A stretch of DNA of 64,000 bases. Origin: Capsulimonadales bacterium. GTDB taxonomy: Bacteria > Armatimonadota > Armatimonadia > Armatimonadales > Armatimonadaceae. The DNA is taken from positions 32,001 through 96,000 of the forward strand of contig JANRLW010000043.1 in assembly GCA_033762295.1 (NCBI GenBank). Reading direction: 5' to 3'. Below the pieces are notes generated by a model, which searched no databases, was not told the origin of the DNA, and saw only the letters and a program-made list of their open reading frames with translations. This document shows positions 19,521 to 28,243 of this stretch, piece after piece. Within the stretch, counting starts at the first letter, position 1. Every line of letters begins with the position of its first letter. The position numbers and the translations under genes are program-made.

Positions 19521-20434
19521 TCGTATCTGAGATTTCCGGCCGACTATCCGCTCCGAACGGTTTCGTCCTGACGACAACCGCCGACCGGAGTATCGAACAA
19601 CTTGCCCTCACGGCCAATCGGACATTCGAAGGATATCCGATGCCGATCCAACACACGCCGGAGGGGTTCGCGACGTTTTGCCGTCTGCACCACCTGGATA
19701 TCGCGCAATCGGTCCAGTTACGCGATGATTCCGGGAACGTGGTCGGACAGGCCATGCTGGGCATCCGTGACCGGCGGGGGTGGTGTGGCGGGTTCGGCAT
19801 CGTCCCGGAGTTCCGGGGAAAGCGATTGGCGACGGCGCTGATCGACGGACTGCTCGACCGCGCCCGGCTGAACGGGTTAAAAGTCCTGCAACTCGAAGTC
19901 CTGTGCGACAACGAACCCGCCCTGCGGACCTACCGGCGCGCCGGGTTCGTCGTTCGGCGAGAGGTGATCAGTTTCGCCGGACCGATCGCCGAAAATCTTC
20001 ATCGGACGACCGAGTCCGCCGAGGTCCGCCCCGTTCCGATCCTCGAAGCGATCGCGCGTTTCGCATTGAATGAAACCCTGTGGGAAACCAGTCCTGTCTG
20101 GCAGCGTCAGATCGCCTTGCTATACCTGCGGACCGATCTCCGGGCGTTCGGCGCGACGGCGAACGACGGCACGGCGCAGATCCTTTACGGGTTTCAGACG
20201 GCGACGGGCTTTCTGCGGATAGACCGCCTGGATTTCGATTCGGAAGCGGCCGCCCGCGCCGTACTGAGGCGGGCGATCAACGAAGCCGCGGCCGCCCTCC
20301 GCGACGCCGGTGAAAACCGCCCGATCAAGTGGATCGTCCTGAACGAACCCACTGACACGCCTCTGTATGCCCTACTGGATCGGCTGATGGTTCCGATCAC
20401 TTACCGGCAATACGAGATGTCCCTCGATCTTTGA
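19517..20434 (+). CDS. GNAT acetyltransferase
   Basis: GIVPEFRGKRLA, LEVLCDNEPALRTYRRAGF. Confidence 0.82.
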   Translation: MIVSEISGRLSAPNGFVLTTTADRSIEQLALTANRTFEGYPMPIQHTPEGFATFCRLHHLDIAQSVQLRDDSGNVVGQAMLGIRDRRGWCGGFGIVPEFRGKRLATALIDGLLDRARLNGLKVLQLEVLCDNEPALRTYRRAGFVVRREVISFAGPIAENLHRTTESAEVRPVPILEAIARFALNETLWETSPVWQRQIALLYLRTDLRAFGATANDGTAQILYGFQTATGFLRIDRLDFDSEAAARAVLRRAINEAAAALRDAGENRPIKWIVLNEPTDTPLYALLDRLMVPITYRQYEMSLDL

Positions 20435-20441
20435 GACTGAT

Positions 20442-20470
20442 TTGACAGGGGGAGGGCGGACGGGTATAAT
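20442..20470 (+). promoter_or_regulatory. Consensus sigma70 promoter for pyrK-pyrD
   Basis: Perfect TTGACA(20442-20447)-N17-TATAAT(20465-20470). Confidence 0.88.
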
Positions 20471-20490
20471 CGCGCTTCAGGACGCCTAAC

Positions 20491-21279
20491 GTGATACGAA
20501 AACTCCTCGCCCCTGTCGTCAGGAATACCCCGCTTTCCGCTCCCGGTCATTTCGTTCTGGAGTTAGAGGCGGCGGAGATGGCGGCCGAGGCCAGACCCGG
20601 TCAGTTCATCGCCGTCACCGATCGAACGAACACCCAGCTTTTGCGTCGGCCTTTCTCCATCTACACGGCGGACCCCGCGTCCGGAGTGTGCAGTATTCTC
20701 TTCTCGGTGTACGGGGCGACCACCGGAGCCATGTCCCGGATGGTACCGGGCGAGAAAATGGACATCATCGGTCCGCTGGGTGGGCGGGTTTTCGCAGCCG
20801 ATGGACGTCCCGGAGCGCATCATGTCATGGTCGGCGGCGGGTATGGCGTGCCACCCCTCGTGTTCCTCTCCCGACGAATCAAAGCCGATCACCCGGAGGC
20901 GAAAATTACCTTCATCAACGGAGCGCGGACCAAGGCGTTTCTGGTCGGCACCGATGGTCTGGACGACGAAGGCATCCCGGTACTTTCCTGCACCGATGAC
21001 GGCACCTGCGGCATTCATGGGCGTGTGACGGTTGCGCTCGAACCGATCCTGTCGACCGGAGAACCGGTGCAGGTCTACACCTGTGGGCCGACCCCGATGA
21101 TGCGCGCGGTGGCGGAACGGTCGATCGCCGCCGGAGTGCCATGTCAGGTCAGCATGGAGACGTTCATGCCCTGCGGTATCGGCATCTGCATGGGCTGCGC
21201 GGTGGCGACGACCGACGGCAGGTTCGCCCGTGGCTGTACCGACGGTCCGGTGTTTCCGGCGCATGAGGTGAGATGGTGA
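20491..21279 (+). CDS. pyrK: Dihydroorotate dehydrogenase electron transfer subunit
   Basis: LRRPFSI, GGGYGVPP, CGPTPM, CGIGICMGC...CTDGPVF. Confidence 0.93.
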   Translation: MIRKLLAPVVRNTPLSAPGHFVLELEAAEMAAEARPGQFIAVTDRTNTQLLRRPFSIYTADPASGVCSILFSVYGATTGAMSRMVPGEKMDIIGPLGGRVFAADGRPGAHHVMVGGGYGVPPLVFLSRRIKADHPEAKITFINGARTKAFLVGTDGLDDEGIPVLSCTDDGTCGIHGRVTVALEPILSTGEPVQVYTCGPTPMMRAVAERSIAAGVPCQVSMETFMPCGIGICMGCAVATTDGRFARGCTDGPVFPAHEVRW

Positions 21280-22190
21280 GCGTTCCCGATCTCTCGGTCC
21301 GTATCGGCGGCCTGCAGATGCGAAATCCCGTCACGGTCGGCTCGGGCACCTTCGGATTCGGTTCGGAGGTCGCCGACCTGGTCGACCTGAACGCGCTGGG
21401 CGCGGTGACCGTAAAGGCGACGACGTCACAGGCTCGGATCGGTAACCCGCCCGCCCGGATCGTCGAAACGGCGAGCGGGATGTTGAACGCGATCGGACTC
21501 CAGAACGGCGGAATCGACCACTACCTCGCCGAAAAACTGCCCTTCCTGCGACGGTACGACTGCCCGATCATCGTCAACGTCCCCGGCGAGAACCCGGAGG
21601 ATTTCGCCTTCGTGGTCGAGCGTCTGACGGCGGCGGGCGGCGCGGACGCGATCGAACTCAACATCTCCTGTCCGAACGTCTCGCACGGCCTTGACTATGC
21701 GACGGACCCGAGGCTGACCGCCGAAGTGGTGGCACGCTGTCGCCGGGCCACCCCGCTGCCGCTGATCGCCAAACTGTCGCCGAACGTCACCGATATCCGG
21801 CCGATCGCGCGCGCGGCGGAGGAGGCGGGGGCGGACGCCCTCTCGCTGATCAACACCGTGGTCGGAACCAGTATCGACGCGAAGAAACGCACGTTCCGGC
21901 TGGCAAATATCACCGGGGGACTGTCCGGCCCCGCCATCAAGCCGATCGCCCTGTTGCATGTTTACCGCGCCGCGCAAACCGTGAGAATCCCGATCATCGG
22001 GATGGGCGGCATCATGAACGCTACCGATGCGATCGAGTTTCTGCTGGCCGGCGCGAGCGCGGTCGCCGTTGGCACGGCGAACTTTGTCAACCCGTTGGCC
22101 GCCATCGAGATCGCCGACGGGATCGGTCAGTATCTTTCCGAAAACGGTTTTGCCTCCGTTCGCGACATCGTCGGAACCGTTTCGGCGTGA
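21273..22190 (+). CDS. pyrD: Dihydroorotate dehydrogenase (family 1B)
   Basis: MLNAIGLQN, ELNISCPN, KLSPNV, GGLSGPAIKP. Confidence 0.95.
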   Translation: MVSVPDLSVRIGGLQMRNPVTVGSGTFGFGSEVADLVDLNALGAVTVKATTSQARIGNPPARIVETASGMLNAIGLQNGGIDHYLAEKLPFLRRYDCPIIVNVPGENPEDFAFVVERLTAAGGADAIELNISCPNVSHGLDYATDPRLTAEVVARCRRATPLPLIAKLSPNVTDIRPIARAAEEAGADALSLINTVVGTSIDAKKRTFRLANITGGLSGPAIKPIALLHVYRAAQTVRIPIIGMGGIMNATDAIEFLLAGASAVAVGTANFVNPLAAIEIADGIGQYLSENGFASVRDIVGTVSA

Positions 22191-22238
22191 CTTTTTCCGC
22201 AGTGACCCCTGAAAACGGTCCGGATCGACGATCCGCCA

Positions 22239-22247
22239 TGCTATACT
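22239..22247 (+). promoter_or_regulatory. Extended -10 promoter element upstream of uORF/ABC exporter
   Basis: TGcTATACT. Confidence 0.5.
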
Positions 22248-22321
22248 GAAGAATAGTCACCGTACGCGGATGCCTGCACCCCTGAGGTTGCGTCCCACAC
22301 GACAACGAAAGGTGCTGCGCC

Positions 22322-22495
22322 ATGAGCGTTGCCGAACCCAATTTGAACCGAATGCGCCCCCCACGCCCCCGGCGCGTTTTTGATCCCACCGGAGACGGAA
22401 AACCGATAACCGAAGCGGTCGAACCCCGCGGATCGAGGTCGCACGCCCTCGACACCGTCCCCGACACCGTCCCCGAAACCGTCCGCGAGAACTGA
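22322..22495 (+). CDS. 57-aa ORF in frame with the downstream ABC transporter
   Basis: SD GAAAGGTG; MSVAEPNLNRMRPPRPRRVFDPTGDGKPITEAVEPRGSRSHALDTVPDTVPETVREN, then TGA ACC ATG. Confidence 0.45.
   Translation: MSVAEPNLNRMRPPRPRRVFDPTGDGKPITEAVEPRGSRSHALDTVPDTVPETVREN
22451..22486 (+). repeat. 12-bp tandem repeat x3 (imperfect)
   Basis: gacaccgtcccc gacaccgtcccc gaaaccgtccgc. Confidence 0.8.
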
Positions 22496-22498
22496 ACC

Positions 22499-24280
22499 AT
22501 GGAGAACTACAAACGCCTGTTGCGCTACCTGCGACCGTACCGCGTACGGGTATCGCTGGCCATCGTGCTGATGTTCGTGGTCACCCTGTCGGCCATTCCC
22601 ATGCCGCTGTTCCAGAAACAGGTGCTGGATGTCGCCATTCCGGGCCGGGATGTCGGCATGCTTTGGATGATTTTCTTCGGAGTGATCGGACTGACCGGAC
22701 TGCGCGGCATCGTCTCCTACACGCTGAACTACATCATCGGATGGCTCGGCCAGCGGGTCGTGTTCGATCTGCGCTTCCAATCGTACCGACACCTGCAACG
22801 TTTGTCCCTCGCCTATTATGATGGGCGTCAGCCGGGGAAGATCATGGCGCGGTTGACCGGCGACATCGATGTCATTCAATATGCGCTGACACAGGGGTTC
22901 GTTTATCTGATCACCGACATCGCTACGCTTTTCATCGTTATCGGCTGGCTCTTCCTCCTGGAATGGCGTCTGGCTCTGCTCGCCGTGGGAATCCTCCCCC
23001 TCTACGTTCTGAACTATAAACTGCTCCTGTCGCGTATCCGTAAGGTCAGCGTCGAACTGCGGGAACGCTGGGAGAAGATGATCTCCACCTTGACCGAAAA
23101 GGTGGGCGCGATCGCCGTGGTCAAGGCGTTCGCCCGCGAGGGATACGAGACCGAACATTTCATGGAGACGGTCGCCAACAACTTCAAACTCAGCATGCAG
23201 CAGACCCGTCTCAACCGCTTTCTCGGCGCGACCTCTCAGTTGATCCGGATGCTCGGAACGGGTGGCCTGCTCTGGTACGGCGGCGCGATGGTGCTGGGTC
23301 GCCAGTTGAAACCGGGCGAACTGCTGGCATTCTACTCCTATATCGGTTATCTTTACGAACCTGCCGTTCGTGTGGTCGACTTCAACGTTCAGCTGCAGTG
23401 GGCGAACGCATCGATCGATCGCGTCTTCGAGACGCTCGATACCCGTCCGGAGATCATCGATGCGACCGATGCCGTTCACCTGCCGACCGTCCGTGGGGAT
23501 GTCGAATTTCGAAACGTCACCTTCGGCTACGATCCGGAGCAGCCGGTCGTCCATAATATCACCTTCCGAATCCATCCGGGGGAGATCATCGCCATCGTCG
23601 GTCCGAGCGGCGCCGGGAAATCCACGCTCGTGAACCTTCTGGCCCGGTTCTACGATGTCACCGGCGACGGGGCGGTTCTGGTGGACGGGCACGACGTCCG
23701 CAAAGTGCGCCTGGAAACCATGCGTCGACATATCGGGATGGTGACCCAGGAGACGATCCTCTTTTCGGTAACCCTCAGGGAAAATATTCGCTACGGAAGA
23801 CGAGATGCCACGGACGAGCAGGTCATCGCCGCCGCGAAGGCGGCCGAAATGCACGACTTCATCCTGTCGCTCCCGGACGGTTACGAGACAAAGATCGGCG
23901 AGGACGGCATCAAACTTTCCGGCGGGCAGAAACAGCGAATGAGCATCGCCCGCGCGATCCTCGCGGACCCGCGCATCCTGATCCTGGATGACGCGACCTC
24001 GGCGCTGGACAGCCATACCGAGGCGAACATTCAGGCGGCACTGGCGGAACTGATGAAAGGACGCACCAACTTCGTCATCGCGCACCGACTGTCGACGATC
24101 ATGAACGCCGACCGAATCCTGGTCATGAACGAGGGCCGGATCGTGGATTTCGGAACCCATGCCGAACTGGTCAACCGTCCCGGCATCTACCGCGACCTCT
24201 ACAACGAGCAGTTCAAAACCGTGGGCATGCTCTCCGACGAGGACAAAGCGCGTCTCCTCACCGTGGCGGCCGTCGGCTGA
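22499..24280 (+). CDS. ABC exporter, fused permease/ATPase (MsbA-like half transporter)
   Basis: TM domain, GPSGAGKS, LSGGQKQR, ILILDDAT, IAHRL. Confidence 0.93.
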   Translation: MENYKRLLRYLRPYRVRVSLAIVLMFVVTLSAIPMPLFQKQVLDVAIPGRDVGMLWMIFFGVIGLTGLRGIVSYTLNYIIGWLGQRVVFDLRFQSYRHLQRLSLAYYDGRQPGKIMARLTGDIDVIQYALTQGFVYLITDIATLFIVIGWLFLLEWRLALLAVGILPLYVLNYKLLLSRIRKVSVELRERWEKMISTLTEKVGAIAVVKAFAREGYETEHFMETVANNFKLSMQQTRLNRFLGATSQLIRMLGTGGLLWYGGAMVLGRQLKPGELLAFYSYIGYLYEPAVRVVDFNVQLQWANASIDRVFETLDTRPEIIDATDAVHLPTVRGDVEFRNVTFGYDPEQPVVHNITFRIHPGEIIAIVGPSGAGKSTLVNLLARFYDVTGDGAVLVDGHDVRKVRLETMRRHIGMVTQETILFSVTLRENIRYGRRDATDEQVIAAAKAAEMHDFILSLPDGYETKIGEDGIKLSGGQKQRMSIARAILADPRILILDDATSALDSHTEANIQAALAELMKGRTNFVIAHRLSTIMNADRILVMNEGRIVDFGTHAELVNRPGIYRDLYNEQFKTVGMLSDEDKARLLTVAAVG

Positions 24281-24297
24281 GAGGACGCAGCCGGAGA

Positions 24298-24331
24298 AAC
24301 GGTCCCGAAGGCGGATGCCTTCGAGACCGTT
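24298..24331. terminator. Hairpin between convergent genes
   Basis: aacggtcccgaaggc-ggat-gccttcgagaccgtt (15-bp stem, one mismatch). Confidence 0.6.
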
Positions 24332-24349
24332 CGTGGGGAACGGACGCCG

Positions 24350-26491
24350 TCAGAGGTTGCCCTCGGCGCGACGGTGTTCGTAATCGGCGATCAGCGGTTC
24401 CGACAGGTGGGCGGGCAGTTCCGCGTAGTGCGAGATCGTCAGGAAGAACGAACCGCGTCCGCGCGCCAGCGAACGGAGATCGCTGACATACCGTTGCAGC
24501 GAGGCCGCGGGGACGTGCGCTCGAACGATCTGATAACCGGTCTGATCCGCCGGTTCGATCCCGATAACATGACCGCGTCGGGTACTGATATCGCTCACGA
24601 TGTCGCCCAGGTTTGCATCCGGGATCGTCACCGAGAGTTCGGCGATCGGCTCCAGCAGACGGACCCCGGCCTGACGAGCGGCGTTTGCGAACGCCAGCAC
24701 GCCCGCCGTATGGAATGCCGCTTCCGACGAATCGACGGTGTGGAAGGAGCCGTCGTCCACCGTGACGCGCACATCCCGCATCGGGTAACCGGCGACGACG
24801 CCCCGCGCCATCGCCTCACGAACGCCTTTCTCGATGGCCGGTAGGTACTGTCGCGGGATCGCCCCACCGACGATCCGATCCACGAACTCGAAGCCACTGC
24901 CGAAGGGCAGGGGTTCCACGGTCAGCCAGCAGTCGCCGAACTGCCCGTGTCCGCCGGTCTGTTTCTTGTGGCGGCCCTGCGCCCGCGCCGAACGGGTCAG
25001 CGCTTCGCGATACGGAATCTTCGGCGGACGGGTCTCCAGGTTCGCCCCGAACCGCGCCAGACGCGCCAGGGCGACTTCCAAATGGGTTTCGCCCAGGGCT
25101 TCAAGGAGCGTCTCACCGGTCTCTTCGTCCCGGCGCGAACGGAAACAGGGGTCCTCCTCCGAAACGCGGGCCAGGGCGTTGCCCATTTTATCCTCGTCGC
25201 TTTTGGTTCGGGCGTAGGCGGCGAACGTCAGCCTGGGTTCCGGGAAGGCGATCGGGGGATAAAGGATCGGCTGGCTGCGGTCACACAGCGTGTCGCCGGT
25301 CGCGGTGGAGGTAAGTTTGGCGACGGCGGCGATCTCCCCGGCACGAACGATCGTCAGCGGTTGCTGTTGTTTCCCACGCAGGCGGAAGAGCGGACCGATA
25401 CGTTCCTCGGTACCTTTTCCGGCGTTCCGAACGACGGTATCCGGGGTCAGCGTTCCCGAAAGAACACGGAAGCATGTGATCTTGCCGACGTAGGGATCGG
25501 CGAAGGTTTTGAAGACGAAAGCGGAGAAGGGGGCGTCCTCCCGGCAGGGACGCGTTTGCCGTTTCCCGGTCTGCGGGTTCGTCCCCTCGGCATCCGGGAT
25601 TTCGTCGGGAGACTCGAACTCGAGGGCAAGGTGCGACAGTAGCGGTCGGATTCCGATGCCCCGGAGGGCGGAACCGCAGAAAACCGGCACGATCCGTCCG
25701 CCGAGAAGATCCTCATGGATTCCGCGTTCGATCTCCTCCTCGGTCAGCTCCTGCCCGTCCAGAAACTCCTCGATCAGTTCGTCATCGCCTTCGGCGGCGC
25801 GTTCGATCAGAACGGCGCGCCATTCCTCCACGGCATCCCGCATGTCCTCCGGGATGGGGGCGGGTCGGCAATCCCGGCCCGAACCGATCCATGCGGTCCG
25901 CGTGATCAGATCGACCACTCCCTCGAACGTGGGGCCGGACCCGATCGGCAGAACCGCCGGGACGATATGTTCGCCGAATCGTTGGCGCAGGGCGGTCAGG
26001 GTGCCGTAGAAGTCGGCATTGTCACGGTCCATCTTATTGATAAAGATCGCCTCGGCTTTGTTTACGGCATGTCCGAGGTCGAAGGCCTGTTCCAACCCGT
26101 GATCGAGTTCGCCGTTGGCGACCGCGGGAGTGACCAGGAGAACATCGTCAACGGCCCGGAGGGCGGCGACGTAGTCGCCGAGGAAATCGGGAGAGCCGGG
26201 AGTATCGATCCATGTGAACCGGCGGTCGTCCCAGGCGCAATGGGCGAGAGAAAGTTGAACGCTGATTTTGCGTTTGGCGGATTCCGGGTCGAAGTCGAGG
26301 AGCGAAGCGGCTTCGTCGACTTTTCCCTGACGTTCGACACAGCCGGAGACGTAGAGGATGGCTTCGATCAGAGAGGTCTTGCCCGCACCGGAGTGCCCGG
26401 CCAGGGCGATATTACGAACATCCGAACCACAAGCGCGCGGAGCGGTCGTCGCGGAAACCGACGAGCCGCTCGGTGATAGGGTCACCGACAT
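24350..26491 (-). CDS. Elongation factor G paralogue (EF-G2-like)
   Basis: GHSGAGKT, RKISV, DTPGS, NKMD, KKQTGGHGQFG, DSSEAAF; lies outside any str operon. Confidence 0.9.
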   Translation of the reverse strand: MSVTLSPSGSSVSATTAPRACGSDVRNIALAGHSGAGKTSLIEAILYVSGCVERQGKVDEAASLLDFDPESAKRKISVQLSLAHCAWDDRRFTWIDTPGSPDFLGDYVAALRAVDDVLLVTPAVANGELDHGLEQAFDLGHAVNKAEAIFINKMDRDNADFYGTLTALRQRFGEHIVPAVLPIGSGPTFEGVVDLITRTAWIGSGRDCRPAPIPEDMRDAVEEWRAVLIERAAEGDDELIEEFLDGQELTEEEIERGIHEDLLGGRIVPVFCGSALRGIGIRPLLSHLALEFESPDEIPDAEGTNPQTGKRQTRPCREDAPFSAFVFKTFADPYVGKITCFRVLSGTLTPDTVVRNAGKGTEERIGPLFRLRGKQQQPLTIVRAGEIAAVAKLTSTATGDTLCDRSQPILYPPIAFPEPRLTFAAYARTKSDEDKMGNALARVSEEDPCFRSRRDEETGETLLEALGETHLEVALARLARFGANLETRPPKIPYREALTRSARAQGRHKKQTGGHGQFGDCWLTVEPLPFGSGFEFVDRIVGGAIPRQYLPAIEKGVREAMARGVVAGYPMRDVRVTVDDGSFHTVDSSEAAFHTAGVLAFANAARQAGVRLLEPIAELSVTIPDANLGDIVSDISTRRGHVIGIEPADQTGYQIVRAHVPAASLQRYVSDLRSLARGRGSFFLTISHYAELPAHLSEPLIADYEHRRAEGNL

Positions 26492-26790
26492 CGGCGGTAC
26501 CTCCTTTCGGGCGCGTTTTCGGTCAGGTGTCGACCGGGAACGCGTCCCGGGCGCTCGCGTCCGCCACCCCGCTGCCGCGTGAGGAAGGGAAAGGCGGTTC
26601 GGGTGAGCGGGGGGTGGGCGTGGGAACCCGTATTCGGTTTTGAGATGGCCTTCGTGGGAAGGTTATAGACACTATACCGGCGGAAATCACGAAATCGCGC
26701 CCGTTTCGCGTCGGATCAGGAGAATTTCGGCACAATCCGTCGAATTGCGGACCCTCTCGGGCAGGCTCCCGTTCGGCAGGGAACGGAGTT

Positions 26791-28194
26791 TCAGGGACGG
26801 CGAGTTTCCCAAGCGCCGATGTCCGGACCCCGGCCCTGCGTGCGATTTTTGCTCCCGAAGTCGGTCTTCAGGAGAACCCGGCGACTGCCGACGTCGACGC
26901 CCGGTCCCGAAGGACGACAGCGGAAATCCGGTGAATCGGCGTCCGGAGAGAGAAACTGCGGGTTTCCGAATCGATTTTGCCAGCTGGCTGCCTTGTCCGC
27001 ACCGGTTCCAAGGTCCGCCTCCCCGCCGAAAAACAGGTTCGCCTCGAAACGAACGGAATCCGGAGCCGGGGCGACCGCTTTCCCGTTATCGAAGGAACGA
27101 GCGCAAAGCGCACCGGGCTGACCGCCGCTCACCGCAATATTGTTGAGAAAACGGACGCGCGCCGATTGACCGACACTCAGTTCCGCGCTCGGCCCGGAAC
27201 CGTTCGGAAACGGGACGCGCAGGTCACCGTCCTGCAGATTTCGTACGCAGGTATTGTTGACGACATCGACGTTATTGCTCTTGAAAACATGGATTCCGCG
27301 ACCGCCGTTTCGATAGACCAGATTATTGCCGATCAGGGTACGCGGTGATTCGTAGCTCGTATCGATGATGATTCCGTTGCCGTCCGTATGGAACCCGTTG
27401 CCGGTCCGCGACGGTGGCGTGTACCGGGAACGGTTCTCGTAAATCCGGTTGCCGACGACGACGTTATGGTAGCCCCGGTCGCTCTCCTGTCGGTTGCGAA
27501 GACCCAGGAGGGTGATTCCGCTCTGATCGTATTTCGAACCCCAGGCACACCGATATACCGCGTTGCCGTTGATGGTCACATAGTCGCTCCCTTCCGTCAC
27601 CTCTTGCGTCGCGTCCGAGACCGTTCCGACGGCGGCGATGCCCGCGCCTCCCATGTTTCGAACGGTGCAGTCGAGAATTCGAACATGGTGTGCGGTCGGA
27701 TGAAGAACGATGCCGTTGCATTCGGCGGAGGCGAGCGATCCGTCGACGATCAGGCCGATTACCTGTACATGATGGACCGGTGAAAATACACCGGTCTTCC
27801 GTTCATCGTCCCAACGATCCATGGCGGGAATGCCGATCACTTCCCAGGCATTCGGATCGGTGACTTGCAGGATCGGTCGTTCGCCGGGATAGCCGCGAAG
27901 CGTGATACCGGATTTATTGAGGCCGAACGGACCGGGGTAGAGGCCGCCGCGAAGGACGATGGTGTCGCCGGTTCCGTACTCCTCGCCCGAACGGGCAAGG
28001 TCGAGGGCGCGGCGGATGGTGCGAAGCGGTGTGGCGGGATCGCCCGCCGTAAACGCATTCCGGGAGTCATCCCCGTCGGGAGCGACGTAGAGAGTGCCTG
28101 CCGACGCGGATACGGCGCAAAGTAGCAGGGAGGCGAGGAGCAGAGCGGTCGACGACGGGAAACCAAAAAGCGAGCGGAGGTTCGGGATCGGCAT
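26791..28194 (-). CDS. Secreted right-handed parallel beta-helix protein
   Basis: Signal peptide; YVAPDGDD, PLRTI, GDTIVLRGGLY, TDGNGIIID, N-rich coils, PDIGAWE. Confidence 0.8.
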   Translation of the reverse strand: MPIPNLRSLFGFPSSTALLLASLLLCAVSASAGTLYVAPDGDDSRNAFTAGDPATPLRTIRRALDLARSGEEYGTGDTIVLRGGLYPGPFGLNKSGITLRGYPGERPILQVTDPNAWEVIGIPAMDRWDDERKTGVFSPVHHVQVIGLIVDGSLASAECNGIVLHPTAHHVRILDCTVRNMGGAGIAAVGTVSDATQEVTEGSDYVTINGNAVYRCAWGSKYDQSGITLLGLRNRQESDRGYHNVVVGNRIYENRSRYTPPSRTGNGFHTDGNGIIIDTSYESPRTLIGNNLVYRNGGRGIHVFKSNNVDVVNNTCVRNLQDGDLRVPFPNGSGPSAELSVGQSARVRFLNNIAVSGGQPGALCARSFDNGKAVAPAPDSVRFEANLFFGGEADLGTGADKAASWQNRFGNPQFLSPDADSPDFRCRPSGPGVDVGSRRVLLKTDFGSKNRTQGRGPDIGAWETRRP

Positions 28195-28243
28195 AACGCT
28201 TTGTCCTTCCCCTCCGCCCCTGCGGATTCCTGCCCGAAAGCCG

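Noticed and set aside
22268..22295. GGATGC...GCGTCC hairpin; GGGACGCAA on the minus strand recalls a c-di-GMP-I riboswitch
   Set aside because: Wrong orientation for the downstream gene, and the remaining consensus elements are not found.
22493..22495. In-frame TGA as a selenocysteine codon
   Set aside because: No recognisable SECIS hairpin or redox motif context.
26492..26790. Intergenic region of about 300 bp upstream of the EF-G paralogue as an ncRNA
   Set aside because: Only a short imperfect hairpin (ggttatagacactatacc); no known RNA family recognised.
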